64,000 nucleotides of DNA from Candidatus Bathyarchaeia archaeon (GCA_049512075.1 JBEKXL010000001.1:160001-224000), one strand, 5' to 3'. Shown: positions 9,905 to 20,456, counted from the stretch's first letter. Translations and numbers: made by a program. The notes: generated by a model from the sequence alone, not told the origin.

Positions 9905-10960
9905 CTAGAACAAGGCGTACGGATAGGATTGCCCGCTTGCGTGCAGTTTGCCCTTAATTGGGATTTCTTGTCCACACACCGGACAACGCATGTCCTTTGT
10001 CAGATTCCACCGCGTTATCATGAAATTATAACGCTTAATCAAGGTTTCATTACAGTTCGGACAGTAAGTGTTTTCGCACGCATGCCCGGGCACATTCCCG
10101 ATGTAAACATAGTTTAGACCCGCATCCTTTGCGGCAACGTATGCTTTCTCCAGAGTTTCAAGAGGAGTTGCGGGGATTGTGGTCAGCTGATAGTCTGGAT
10201 GGAAACGCAGTAAGTGGAACGGCGTATCCTTTCCAATGCCATCCCTGATCCAAACGGCAAGCTCCTTAATCCTTTCAATCGAATCTCCTGATTTGGGCAC
10301 GATGAGGTTCGTGATTTCTATGTGAATGGCGTTCCGCCTCATTTCCTTCAAAGCCTCAAAGATCGGCGCAACTGAAGGAACAGAAGAAAAAGTCTTGTAG
10401 AATTCCGGGTCTGCACCACCCTTGAAATCCACCGTCGCAGCGTCCAAGTATGGAGCTATCGTTTTCACCGCTTCTGGCGTCATGTAACCATTTGTTACAA
10501 AAGTGTTGAAGAATCCTACTTGGCGAGCGAGTTTGGCAGTGTCGTAGGCGTATTCGAAGAAAATGGTTGGTTCAGTGTACGTGTAGCTTATTCCCTCGCA
10601 GCCGTTGTCTCTGGCGGCTTTTATTACCTCTTCTGGAGGAAAATGTTTGCCACTCATCTTCTTCTCTTGGCTTATCATCCAGTTGTCACAGAACTGACAG
10701 CGGAAGTTGCAGCCAATCGTGGCAATGGACATCACAGAGGCCCCTGGGTTAAAGTGGGCAAGCGGCTTTTTCTCAACGGGATCTATAGCTGCAGATATTG
10801 CCTTGGCATAGTTGAGCGAAAAAAGAGTCCCCCCTTCGTTCTTTCTTACTAAGCAAAAGCCCGTACCGCCATCGTTTATGAGGCATTTTCGGGCGCACAG
10901 GTGACAGTTGACCTTTTTGTCCGGTAGTTTTTCGTAGAGCATTGCTTCGTGAAGCGACAT
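9905..10960 (-). CDS. amrS: AmmeMemoRadiSam system radical SAM enzyme
   Basis: DPVEKKPLAHF, CNFRCQFCDN, YTYTEP, RFHPDY and NTYCPNC motifs. Confidence 0.9.
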   Translation of the reverse strand: MSLHEAMLYEKLPDKKVNCHLCARKCLINDGGTGFCLVRKNEGGTLFSLNYAKAISAAIDPVEKKPLAHFNPGASVMSIATIGCNFRCQFCDNWMISQEKKMSGKHFPPEEVIKAARDNGCEGISYTYTEPTIFFEYAYDTAKLARQVGFFNTFVTNGYMTPEAVKTIAPYLDAATVDFKGGADPEFYKTFSSVPSVAPIFEALKEMRRNAIHIEITNLIVPKSGDSIERIKELAVWIRDGIGKDTPFHLLRFHPDYQLTTIPATPLETLEKAYVAAKDAGLNYVYIGNVPGHACENTYCPNCNETLIKRYNFMITRWNLTKDMRCPVCGQEIPIKGKLHASGQSYPYALF

Positions 10961-11013
10961 TCAACCAGCCTCTTGGCTTTTCATGTAAGTCTTAATCTCC
11001 GCAAATATAAGAT

Positions 11014-11631
11014 CTATTCGCTTGCCTCCGAATGCGGGTTCTCTCTTATCTCGAAAACCAATGGTGGAGACGCGGTTTTCGCGTCCAATTCTATATCGAG
11101 CAAGCCTTCAAGAAACCCAGCCCAGATTTCAGATTCACTGATAAAAGGCGTTTTTATGAGGAGATATTTGTCCTTCAAGTAGAAGTCGCCGAACCCTTGC
11201 ACTCTTAAGCGCTTGAAAACGTCCGGCCATTTCTCACGCTTTGTGGTTTGTATTCCAATCGCGGTTTCTATAGAAATTCTTGTGGCCTCGCCCATTTTCT
11301 TTCCGATATCACGCCATTTCTCTATCGGAACATTATTAATCAGAATGCTAACCAGCTCCGCATTTACGAAGGCTATCCGACTTATCCCGCAATAATACTC
11401 GCCTGGAAAACGCCAGTCATAAATCATCATGCTTCTGTAGACATCAAGCATTTTTGAAATAAGAGGCTTTATGCCCGGCTCCTTTCCTTCTTTAATTAAA
11501 GAGTCAACGAATTCTCTCTCATCTTTCTCCAGAATTATTGTTGTTCTCTTTGCTGAGGTCTCGTTTTTCCTCATTAGTTCTTGAAGTTTTTTCTCTTTGT
11601 CCTCTTGCATAACCGTTATATTTTTCAGCAT
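11014..11631 (-). CDS. Hypothetical protein, possible RHH-like N-terminus and V4R-like C-terminus
   Basis: Long clean ORF co-oriented with amrS; RTTIILEKDEREFVDSL resembles a ribbon-helix-helix; fold is inferred; start may be 11610. Confidence 0.65.
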   Translation of the reverse strand: MLKNITVMQEDKEKKLQELMRKNETSAKRTTIILEKDEREFVDSLIKEGKEPGIKPLISKMLDVYRSMMIYDWRFPGEYYCGISRIAFVNAELVSILINNVPIEKWRDIGKKMGEATRISIETAIGIQTTKREKWPDVFKRLRVQGFGDFYLKDKYLLIKTPFISESEIWAGFLEGLLDIELDAKTASPPLVFEIRENPHSEASE

Positions 11632-11745
11632 ATTTTATATGACTTGTGGTGCAGCAACAGGTAGTTGATATGCTTGGAACTTTAGACGATGCAGTTAAAA
11701 TATTATGTGACTCCATGTGAAAACTTCGCCCTTTAACTTTGACCT

Positions 11746-12670
11746 GCGCGCGCTAATATGTTGAAACACCTTTTGCATCATAGCCCGGCAAAGTCGCTCC
11801 CCTTTTTCACTTGTAATGTCAGATGTAATGTGTATTGTTACAAACCATGAAGAAAAACAGGCTGAACTACTGTTCAGAGTTGACTCGCCCTTTTATTTGT
11901 AATGTCAGATGTAATTTTCATTGCAATAGTCAGGGACTAGGTAGTGTTGCCCGTGGTACAGAGCCAGAACGGTCAGGTCTGGCAGGCTTGCTTCGCCGTT
12001 GCCGTCTACGTCGCGCACGTTGCGTTCAGGTTTAATTTGCTTTCGCCTGGGCGCGCGAACCGTTCTCTGGAAGTTTTCCGGTGACGCTTGTATCTTGTCT
12101 TGAAGTAGTCTCTGAGCTACTTTGATCAGCTTTTTCTGTCCATCTTGAGCAAGCCGGAAGCAGGGAAGATCAAGGACTTGCTTATCATACAGTTCATGAC
12201 TAATTCTCAGAAGCTCTCTTGGGTGAACAGCTTCATCGCTGTCCACGAAGGCATCTAAGATCCGAAAACTATGGAGCTTAGCGGCACTAGTTACGAATGG
12301 AAGTAGGAGAGAACTGTCCCTTGCCTTAGCGCGCGCGGGTTCGCTGCAGGGGGTCGGCCGCTTTTAGTTCGAGCCCGCGCTAGAGCTTTTTGAATGGCAT
12401 GTTTTGGGCTGGAAAACTCTTTCTGCTCAATCACCAATAGTTTCTTCCTTTTCCTTGTGGCGATTTCTGTCCGATATCCGGTGGACTGTGAGATATGTGA
12501 ATACCAAAGCGCGCGCTAGTCATGTAAGTTGTCAACTTAAGTTGTCGAAGTTCGTAGACTAGAATCGTCCAGAAAGCGAAAATCGATGGAGCATCTAAAT
12601 CCGAAAGTCCGCCGACCTTCGCTGAGTTTCGCCAGAGGTCGCTGCATGGGAAAACGATGGTAGCGCGCGC
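11746..12670. repeat. Cluster of TAGCGCGCGC motifs plus a 19-bp direct repeat
   Basis: GCGCGCGCTA at 11746 and 12509; TAGCGCGCGC at 12327 and 12661; TTGTAATGTCAGATGTAAT at 11811-11829 and 11897-11915. Confidence 0.75.
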
Positions 12671-12833
12671 ACAAGTGCCATGAACACCGCGAGAAACAAA
12701 TATTGTGACCGAACGATTTTTAATAGGCTTAAGCCCCTTCTAGAATTGCCGATGAAGAAGCTTTTGCCTGAAAAGATGATGTGCTCTAGGGTATCTGAGG
12801 CGAAAGTTTCCTACGTGTAATGAAGCCCGTGCG

Positions 12834-13073
12834 TCATGAAATAACTTTGTTCTTGATGAGATACCACATGAGCACTAGTCCTATTATCAGCGAAACAAAT
12901 CCGCCGGTGAAAGAAAAGAAAATGCCTCGTTTGAGAACACTGGATGACAAATAAGTCACGTAGGGGGCACCGAAAGTGAACAGCCCCGCTAGGATGACCA
13001 ACAGTAGTTTCCAATACCTTGAACCCATCATTCCAGTTCTGGTCTCTTTGGTTTCTTGGGCCATACATATCAC
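12834..13073 (-). CDS. Small two-TM membrane protein
   Basis: Two hydrophobic segments; directly downstream of the PAC2 gene. Confidence 0.7.
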   Translation of the reverse strand: MICMAQETKETRTGMMGSRYWKLLLVILAGLFTFGAPYVTYLSSSVLKRGIFFSFTGGFVSLIIGLVLMWYLIKNKVIS

Positions 13074-13106
13074 ATGCCGATGATTATCTAAATTTCACGT
13101 TTTCTC

Positions 13107-13751
13107 TTATAACCCTTCCTTCACTTCGTTCCCTAGGGCTTTCATTAAGAACTTGAAGACGGAAAAACCAGCCCCGCGATCCGCTTTAAAACCCGTTGTT
13201 GCACCAAGCAGACATACGCCTTCCAAACCACGTTCCTTTGCAAGAGCCAATGTTAAACCTGTTGCCCCGACTATCCTGCCCTTGCTGTAGATTACTCCAC
13301 CTTTTTCCATAAACTCCAAGGCAAGCCGAGACGAAGTGGCTGCCACATACACCTGCGACTTTTCTTCGGTTATTGGCACACCACCGACCGTTACAAGGAA
13401 ACTGCAACCTTGTTTCTCAACAAAATCTAACGTTTCACCACAGAGTGCGTAGTGAGCGGCAACGTCGTCAAAAGAGGGCTGCGTGTCTCCAGTCATTATG
13501 ATGAAATCGTTCTTCTCCATAGGCGCCGCATAAAACTCGTAGCGGGGCAAACGGCAGATTCCTTTTGAATTGATTGAAACATAGTCTGGGAAATAAGGCG
13601 AATACAACTCTGCAAAGGGTTTTGCACTGCAGAATTTCAGCAAAAGATAAGCCGCGATCTTCCCGACGTTTCCGAAGCCGGGCAGACCCTGGACAAAAAC
13701 TGGATTCTCGAGGACCGGACTGGAAATTTGACGAAAATAGGGCTTTTCCAA
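13107..13751 (-). CDS. PAC2-family proteasome assembly chaperone
   Basis: GLPGFGNVGKIAA, GDTQP, GRIVGATG and CLLGAT motifs. Confidence 0.88.
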   Translation of the reverse strand: MEKPYFRQISSPVLENPVFVQGLPGFGNVGKIAAYLLLKFCSAKPFAELYSPYFPDYVSINSKGICRLPRYEFYAAPMEKNDFIIMTGDTQPSFDDVAAHYALCGETLDFVEKQGCSFLVTVGGVPITEEKSQVYVAATSSRLALEFMEKGGVIYSKGRIVGATGLTLALAKERGLEGVCLLGATTGFKADRGAGFSVFKFLMKALGNEVKEGL

Positions 13752-14054
13752 TCTAACTCACACCAACATCAATAGATAGAGAGTGTAAGTCTAAAATGTT
13801 TCCTTCCTCACAATTGTCAAATGGCTATTACAAATTGCTATCCTTGCTTCATAGATCTGAAGAGCCTACCAAGTCTTTCCACAAAACACGGAATTTTAGA
13901 AGTGCCAAGAACTTCAAGATATCTGCCACAAATGGTCATTGGAACAAGACACAGAAAACGCTTCCTGTATGTGAATGGTCATACGCACAAATCATTAATT
14001 CAACCCTAGAACCAAAATCGTTTGCCAGAACAAGATGTTGCAATAGGAACGGAC

Positions 14055-14321
14055 ATGCAAGTGAGAAAACTAGGATACGAAATCTTGTTGGGGATAGCTT
14101 TACTGTGCGTTTCTGTATCGTGTGTTATTTGGGTTTATAGCATGGTTTATGCCGCGTCTGAAGTTGGAAGCATGGAGCGCAAAGATATAAAGCAATGGTC
14201 CTTGGTTCTCGTACTCCTGAGCGTAACCACTTTGTTCATAGGAAGTGTTGGAGGATACCTCATCGGCAAGTATCTGCACGTCTCACATGGCCAACCGGAG
14301 TTTTCAGGCATGACGAACTGA
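14055..14321 (+). CDS. Small two-TM membrane protein
   Basis: Two hydrophobic helices from ATG 14055. Confidence 0.45.
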   Translation: MQVRKLGYEILLGIALLCVSVSCVIWVYSMVYAASEVGSMERKDIKQWSLVLVLLSVTTLFIGSVGGYLIGKYLHVSHGQPEFSGMTN

Positions 14322-14570
14322 AATGCGGGTGCAGGATAAGACCACAACCCGGGCATGCCCCTCGTCAGAACCTTGAGACAAGGTATTTGAACAGGCAATC
14401 CTTGAATTTCAGAACCCTCGCCTAAATCACCCAGATGATCTGACCGCATGATTTGTTCATCCTTCAACGGCGTACATTCAGAAACGTCAATTCCTATTTG
14501 TAATTCATAACCGTTTTATGCCAACATCAGCAAAACCTATTCTATCCAATCTCACGCGAGGACGTCTGTC

Positions 14571-16229
14571 TTGCCGGCCAAGGATTTCGAAAGGCTTCTA
14601 CTCGATTCCATCGATGAGGCGTTATCTTCAGTAGAGGAAAAGCTGAAGAAGGAAACTTATGCTCAATTGGAAAGTCTCGGCGTCCCAAGATATGAAATTC
14701 CCCGCCATATCGGAATGTTTACGAGAGTTATTGAAAGAGTGTTTGGGACAGGTACTGATGACCTTAAATTCTTGATATTGAAACGACTTCATGAAAAGAG
14801 TGGATGGCCCTTCAAAAGGATAGATTTTGACGAGATGACGTTCTCGGGACAGGTCGAGCGTGTATGCGGAAAAATGTATTCGGAAATCATCAATAATATG
14901 CAAAGCCCCGTGGTCGTCTTTCATCTTGAAGATATCAGCTATCCAAGCCCGCTCAGACTCATCGCCGTCAACCCTGGAGCGGCGAAAACAACAGGAGTAA
15001 ATGTTGAAAACACTATTGGAAAGACCATTGACGAAGTGTACCCCGAGATTTCTGGGACTGACGTCGAAAAGAACATTGTGGAGGTTATCCGCTCGGGAAG
15101 GGCTAAGAATTTAGGAAGGTTGCAGCGCTCAGGTGAGCACGCTCTTGGGGGCACCCTTTCTGCCACAGCCTTTCCTTTCTCTAGTAACTGCGTAGGTTTG
15201 GTTTTCAAGCCAGCTGCTGAACGCCAGGTTATTGCTGAAAGATTGCAGGAAGATGAAAAACACTTCGAAGATGACGCGTCAAACGTAGGTGAGTGGAGAT
15301 GGGAATTGGACACTCTAGGACGCCAAGTCTCCGCCGATAGATCACATGTGCGGGAAAGATGGATTCGAAAAGAAATAACTCATGAACCGCACCGCGCCGA
15401 CTATTTTTCGATAAGGGGCAAAGAATACCTAGAGAGCGGCGATTTGCCAAGGGCCAGAGAGTTCTTCCAACAGGCTGAAGAAATGTACCAGAGATCAAAC
15501 GAGACTGAAGACGCATTTGAAAACGCATCCCTACGTATCAGGACGTATCTTTTTGAAGAAAAGATGTCTTTGGAAGAATACTTTCAAGCAGTAGAGGAGT
15601 ATCTTCATAAATACGCAGATTTTTTTATGGATTGGAATTTCGTAGAAAATCTTGCCAACTACTGTCAATGGAAAGGTTACAAACATAACGAAGAGCACAG
15701 ATTTGAGGATGCCAGAGGATCCTATGCAGAAGCAGAAGAAATGTTCTTAACACTGAAGCAGAGGAACAAAGCACTTTTCAATGGATCTCGACGTATCCTA
15801 ACTTATGTAAACGAAAACATGCTGGAAACGTATGAAAAATCTGCCGAAGAGTTCTTCGACAGATACAGTGAATTCTCAGGAAACAAGTATTACAAAGAAG
15901 TGCACGCCCACTACTACTCCTATAAAGCCGACAAGTCAATCGACCCCCCCAAGACCATGGAATTCCGAAGCGAAGCTGAAAAACTCTTCCTAGAAATCAA
16001 TCAAAAAGAACTAGCGTTCAAGAACGCATGCAAGCTCCTTGATTTGTACTGGGAGAACATCCCTTCCAAAAATGAACAGTTAATCCAAAGATGTCTGGAT
16101 GCAACGGAAAGATTCTTTGAAAAATACCAAGGTTTTTCAGAACATGAGTATTACAGAAAGAGAATGGCTGAATATTACCTTTTGCAGGCTCGTGCACTCG
16201 CTTCGCAGTTGAAGGAAGTTTTGCGCTAG
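14571..16229 (+). CDS. Signal protein: NitrOD5-like helical domain, PAS domain and three TPR-like helical repeats
   Basis: N-terminal LLDSIDEALSS...EIP...F...IERVFG; PAS-like LIAVNPGAAK..G...IGKTIDEVYP; C-terminal repeats AEEMY/AEEMF/AEKLF. Confidence 0.7.
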   Translation: MPAKDFERLLLDSIDEALSSVEEKLKKETYAQLESLGVPRYEIPRHIGMFTRVIERVFGTGTDDLKFLILKRLHEKSGWPFKRIDFDEMTFSGQVERVCGKMYSEIINNMQSPVVVFHLEDISYPSPLRLIAVNPGAAKTTGVNVENTIGKTIDEVYPEISGTDVEKNIVEVIRSGRAKNLGRLQRSGEHALGGTLSATAFPFSSNCVGLVFKPAAERQVIAERLQEDEKHFEDDASNVGEWRWELDTLGRQVSADRSHVRERWIRKEITHEPHRADYFSIRGKEYLESGDLPRAREFFQQAEEMYQRSNETEDAFENASLRIRTYLFEEKMSLEEYFQAVEEYLHKYADFFMDWNFVENLANYCQWKGYKHNEEHRFEDARGSYAEAEEMFLTLKQRNKALFNGSRRILTYVNENMLETYEKSAEEFFDRYSEFSGNKYYKEVHAHYYSYKADKSIDPPKTMEFRSEAEKLFLEINQKELAFKNACKLLDLYWENIPSKNEQLIQRCLDATERFFEKYQGFSEHEYYRKRMAEYYLLQARALASQLKEVLR

Positions 16230-16270
16230 GCATTTTAGGGTCAGTTCGTTTAGTGCGATTGTCTTCTTCT

Positions 16271-17863
16271 TTACCCTGTTGGCGCCACTATCTGTTGAAG
16301 ATTCCCAAAGGCTCCGCCAAACGATACGTTCATCATGGTTTGAGCACCAATCCACGCGGCGCCGCTCAGAATAAGCAGGATTCCGGCGTACATGAGACTA
16401 CTGCCCCAGAACCCACCTCGAGCCTCCTTCAGAGTCAGTGAATTGAGAATCGTTATGAGCAGTATCATAAAGACGTTTCCCATGTTGATCACATCTGTGG
16501 GTATCGACCCGAACGTGAAGTATGGTACTGACGTTAGAGTTTGAGAGAAGTACTTCGTCATGAAAGTCAGGATAGTTAGAAGAGCGACTGTAATTGGTTG
16601 AAGAAGGAATGTTGTGGTTTCTATCGTCTTTACTACTGCCTCCCGTTTCTTCCGAAACTCTAGATTCTTAACACAGTTGTTACCCAAGATTTTTCCCACC
16701 TCCAGCAGATCGGCACCATAGTTGAAGGCGTCAAGGAAAATCTTGTTCGTCATATAGACAGTGTGTGATGCCGCCTCTGAAGATAGAAGACTCAAGGTCT
16801 TCGCGTTGTCTACACCAATCTTGACTCTTGCGTAAGCCCGCTTCAATAGGTCTTTGAGACGACCAAGTTCAAGATAAAGCACATAGGAAAGAGCGTTTTG
16901 CAAACTCGATGATGACGCCATGTTTTCGCCGAGGCCCTTGATTAGCGTAGGGTAGTTTTCATTGACTCCTATAACGAATGTCTCAAACCTGTAAGCGAAA
17001 TATCCCGGAAGCAGAAACGCCAAGCCGCATACAAAAAAGCCGTAGGGGTAGCCGAATATTATGCTAACCAGGACCGCTGGTACTATGCATGCAAAAGCGA
17101 TGGGCAGAGCCACTCTGAAGCGTGTGTACAGTTTGGGTGGCATATCCTTGTCAATGTGAATTAGAACGTCCTTAGGCACGACTGTTCTGAGGCCAAGATA
17201 CATCACTATTAAGACTGCAGAGGCCACGAAGTATCCGAAATAGACGAGGTTGGGTTCATTTGTGAAGACGACGAGGATGTCTAGTATCATGATTAGGAAT
17301 GTTGATACGCTTGAGAAGGTACTGTAGACGCCGCCAAGCATGTCGATAGACTTTATTGCCCTATCGTAATAGCCTGAATATTCTTCAATCATCGTGGACG
17401 ATTCTAGCTCCAAGTAACCCTTAGGGTGCGTTGACGAAAAAGCCTGCAGGCATCTGATCAGAACGTCTTTGAATGGCGCCTTGGTAGTATTGGCCATTTC
17501 AGAGGTGGCTTTGGTAATTCCGTAGCCGTATTCCTTTGCTAACTTGCGGATTCCGCTGAAGATTTCACTGTAGTAACCGTAGTCCTTTGTTTCTGCAATG
17601 ATTTTGACAAGGTCATCTGGCGTAATTTCACCGTGGGAAACCGCGTACATGTGAATTAGCAGCGAAACGAGTTGTTGATCGATTCTGGTGGGAATCCTTT
17701 TCCTAATGTAAAATAGGAGAAACACAACCGTGCCAGCTACAGCGTTTACCGCAATAAGACTTACAACATCACCTCTAACAACCAGATACGCTGAAACTAG
17801 GATGTTAATGACCAGAATTAGTGCTATCTGCCGCTTCTTCATAGAACCTAGTCTGACAGCCAT
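16271..17863 (-). CDS. arlJ: Archaellum assembly membrane platform ArlJ (FlaJ)
   Basis: Multi-TM T2SS-F-like protein directly downstream of arlI. Confidence 0.88.
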   Translation of the reverse strand: MAVRLGSMKKRQIALILVINILVSAYLVVRGDVVSLIAVNAVAGTVVFLLFYIRKRIPTRIDQQLVSLLIHMYAVSHGEITPDDLVKIIAETKDYGYYSEIFSGIRKLAKEYGYGITKATSEMANTTKAPFKDVLIRCLQAFSSTHPKGYLELESSTMIEEYSGYYDRAIKSIDMLGGVYSTFSSVSTFLIMILDILVVFTNEPNLVYFGYFVASAVLIVMYLGLRTVVPKDVLIHIDKDMPPKLYTRFRVALPIAFACIVPAVLVSIIFGYPYGFFVCGLAFLLPGYFAYRFETFVIGVNENYPTLIKGLGENMASSSSLQNALSYVLYLELGRLKDLLKRAYARVKIGVDNAKTLSLLSSEAASHTVYMTNKIFLDAFNYGADLLEVGKILGNNCVKNLEFRKKREAVVKTIETTTFLLQPITVALLTILTFMTKYFSQTLTSVPYFTFGSIPTDVINMGNVFMILLITILNSLTLKEARGGFWGSSLMYAGILLILSGAAWIGAQTMMNVSFGGAFGNLQQIVAPTG

Positions 17864-19593
17864 GTAAATTGACCCTCTTTGACTTTTCTGTAGACTTCTT
17901 CCACGCCGACATTCCCAACTTCTATTACTGTGTTCCAGACATCTTTGAATCTCGGATGCTTGTCAGCCAAGGCTCCCAGGATTCCCGCGCGCATCTTGAG
18001 CTCTTCATACAACTCTGGAAGCCTTTCTGCGGGCCAGCCTCTGTAAGGAAGAATCTTTGCTTCCATCAGGAAACTCGTACCTGAAAAGCGCAGCAAGTCT
18101 TCGTCTGAATCAAAGGTGAAGATGGGCAAGAAGTTGAGTTGGCCTTCTTCTGAATCGTAGTTTATGATCTCATTGACGGAAGTTACTCTTCTAACCAGTT
18201 TGAGTCCCCTCTTGATCCTGTTCTGAAAAATAGCTACGTTCAGACCGTTCATGTGGGACTTCGGAACGTCTATTGGCGATGAGGTCAACCTTTGAAAAAG
18301 CGTCTGCAAGTCTCCGGCGTGTATAGTGGAAACCACGGGGTGACCAGTCTCGATAGCTTGAAATGCTATCTGGCCTTCCTCACCCCTAATCTCTCCCACA
18401 ATTATCTGATCTGGCCTCTGCCTCAGAGCCGCCTTCAGAAGGTCAAACATAGTCACTTTGCTTCCGGTGTGCAGCCGAGTGACCTCTCTTACCCAGTTTC
18501 TGTGAGCCAAGTTCACCTCAGGCGTTTCTTCAATGCTCACAATCTTTGCATCTGGCTTTATGAGCCCTACGAAAGCGTTCAGACTAGTTGTCTTTCCTGA
18601 CGCAGTTTCTCCGCACATGAAGAAAGAAATTCCCACCTCTAGAAGAATCCACATGTAAGCCGCAAGTTCAGCGGACATGGTTCTCCACTTAATACAGTGC
18701 GCCACCGAGATCGGTTCTTTCGGAAACTTCCTTATCGTGAAGTTGCTTCCTTTGATGCTTATGTCTTCGCCGAAAACAATGTTAAACCTAGACCCGTCGT
18801 CCAAGTGTACGTCCAGAATCGGGTTAGTGTAACTTAAAACTTTGCCGTGTCTTTCAGCCAATCCTCTCAAAAGGCTTTCTCCATCTTCCAGAGAGATATC
18901 GGTGTTACTTTCGAGGGCGCCGAAGAACTTGTGATACACATATACGTGGCCCGCGCCAGGCACACTTATGTCCTCGAGCCACGGATCTGCCAAGAAATCG
19001 TCAAGCACGCCGTGGCCCACTTTTTCTCTTAAGAAGTGATACAGAACACTCCTTTGTTTGCCTGGAGGCAACTTCAGTATTTTCTTCTTGACCGCTTCTT
19101 TGAACAGTTTCTCAATGAGCCTTTCCTTTTCCTTAGCACCCTCCGCGACCATTGTGTTTTCTGTTATTGCCTTTGCAATTGCATCTTCAACTTGTTCTAG
19201 AATCTTTCTGGGCGGTTTTTCAGGCTCGATGATGTTGTACTTACCGTATTCTCCTCCAAATTTTATGTGAATGAATGCGCCCAGCCCGATCGGATAGACG
19301 AGGTCCAACACCAATGCTGCGGACATCAAGTCAGCGTCGGTCCCAACCTGGCTCGGGTCGATGACGTATTCGGGTGTGATGCCCGTAGTCTCCGTGTATG
19401 TCTTCAAATAAGGATATTTCTCGTAGGCCTCTTCAAGAGTCTTCGGCACTTCCAAGTCGTATAAACTCACAAACTTTGCCTTTTCACTCTTCTTTTTCTC
19501 CTCGCTCTTTAGGACTTGGACCGTGTTCTGACTCGCATTCTGACCTGCATTTTGGCTAGGCTTAGCCTTTGGCTGAGAGAAGGGACTTTTCAT
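17848..19593 (-). CDS. arlI: Archaellum motor ATPase ArlI (FlaI)
   Basis: DPWLEDIS, GETASGKTT, SIEETPE, ALRQRPD.IIVGEIRG.E and TGH..STIHA motifs. Confidence 0.95.
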   Translation of the reverse strand: MKSPFSQPKAKPSQNAGQNASQNTVQVLKSEEKKKSEKAKFVSLYDLEVPKTLEEAYEKYPYLKTYTETTGITPEYVIDPSQVGTDADLMSAALVLDLVYPIGLGAFIHIKFGGEYGKYNIIEPEKPPRKILEQVEDAIAKAITENTMVAEGAKEKERLIEKLFKEAVKKKILKLPPGKQRSVLYHFLREKVGHGVLDDFLADPWLEDISVPGAGHVYVYHKFFGALESNTDISLEDGESLLRGLAERHGKVLSYTNPILDVHLDDGSRFNIVFGEDISIKGSNFTIRKFPKEPISVAHCIKWRTMSAELAAYMWILLEVGISFFMCGETASGKTTSLNAFVGLIKPDAKIVSIEETPEVNLAHRNWVREVTRLHTGSKVTMFDLLKAALRQRPDQIIVGEIRGEEGQIAFQAIETGHPVVSTIHAGDLQTLFQRLTSSPIDVPKSHMNGLNVAIFQNRIKRGLKLVRRVTSVNEIINYDSEEGQLNFLPIFTFDSDEDLLRFSGTSFLMEAKILPYRGWPAERLPELYEELKMRAGILGALADKHPRFKDVWNTVIEVGNVGVEEVYRKVKEGQFTWLSD

Positions 19594-20295
19594 TTAGACC
19601 TTTACACCACCAAGAGGCAGTACTCTTAGGCCGAGGTGCGGGTTGACTTCCAAGCTCACTGATTCTTTCCTGTCACCAGTGGTTCCCCACAGTTTGACTA
19701 TTTTCAGCACCTTAACCTGAACACCTGCAACTTTCGCGTTCGAAATGCGCAAGTATACATCTGATGATGCCTTGAGCTTCATGCTAGAATTTTCGGGTAG
19801 GAAATTCGGATGGAAGGTCAGGATTATTGTTTTCCCGATTGAAACTAGGTTCTTCATCCTTGTGACAAAGGTCAAAAACACGTGTGGAGGAGTGTCTGCC
19901 GCTAACATGCTGAGACTGTCAATGATGATGAGGTCGTATCGTTTCTTGTACATCTCCAGAAAGTTTCTCGTGACTTTGAAGAACATTGATGACAGAAACT
20001 GGCTCCATTTGCCTCCCTCGACGTGTAACGCGAATACATCCAGTTTTGCACTTACATAGTAGGGGTACGGATCTATTTTTATGGATTTCATCATAGCAAG
20101 GTATTCTTTGGCCGTCGTCTCGCTGGTTATCACGCAGACTCTAAAGCCTGCTTTCAATGCAGAGTACCCTATCTGCTGGGTGACTGCAGTTTTTCCAGAA
20201 CCAAAATCCCCTTCAATCGACGCTAGGCAAGGATATGGGAAACCTCCGCCTAGAGCCTTATCAAGATCTCTTATACCTAATGATATTACATTCAT
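19594..20295 (-). CDS. arlH: Archaellum KaiC/RecA-like ATPase ArlH (FlaH)
   Basis: LDKALGGG.P, GDFGSGKT and IIIDSLS motifs; lies immediately upstream of arlI. Confidence 0.9.
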   Translation of the reverse strand: MNVISLGIRDLDKALGGGFPYPCLASIEGDFGSGKTAVTQQIGYSALKAGFRVCVITSETTAKEYLAMMKSIKIDPYPYYVSAKLDVFALHVEGGKWSQFLSSMFFKVTRNFLEMYKKRYDLIIIDSLSMLAADTPPHVFLTFVTRMKNLVSIGKTIILTFHPNFLPENSSMKLKASSDVYLRISNAKVAGVQVKVLKIVKLWGTTGDRKESVSLEVNPHLGLRVLPLGGVKV

Positions 20296-20456
20296 GCATG
20301 AACTCCCTCTAACACTCTTGAATTCTCCTTCATGGATCCGAAGTCACACTGCAGGGGCATAAGGCGGTCGAACAGTCGAAACATCTCTCGGATCGTCACC
20401 TTCCATGCCTCTTCGGGTCACATTAGATTTCTTTTCTTAGTCAGACTTCGACTTCG

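Noticed and set aside
11905-12246. 113-aa minus-strand ORF, and oriC identity for this region
   Set aside because: The ORF has no motif or RBS and overlaps the repeats. There is no ORB consensus with G-string and no adjacent cdc6/orc1.
13821-14321. In-frame TAG (14007) joining two ORFs, possible pyrrolysine readthrough
   Set aside because: The upstream ORF is not protein-like, no pyl genes are in the window, and many genes here end in TAG.
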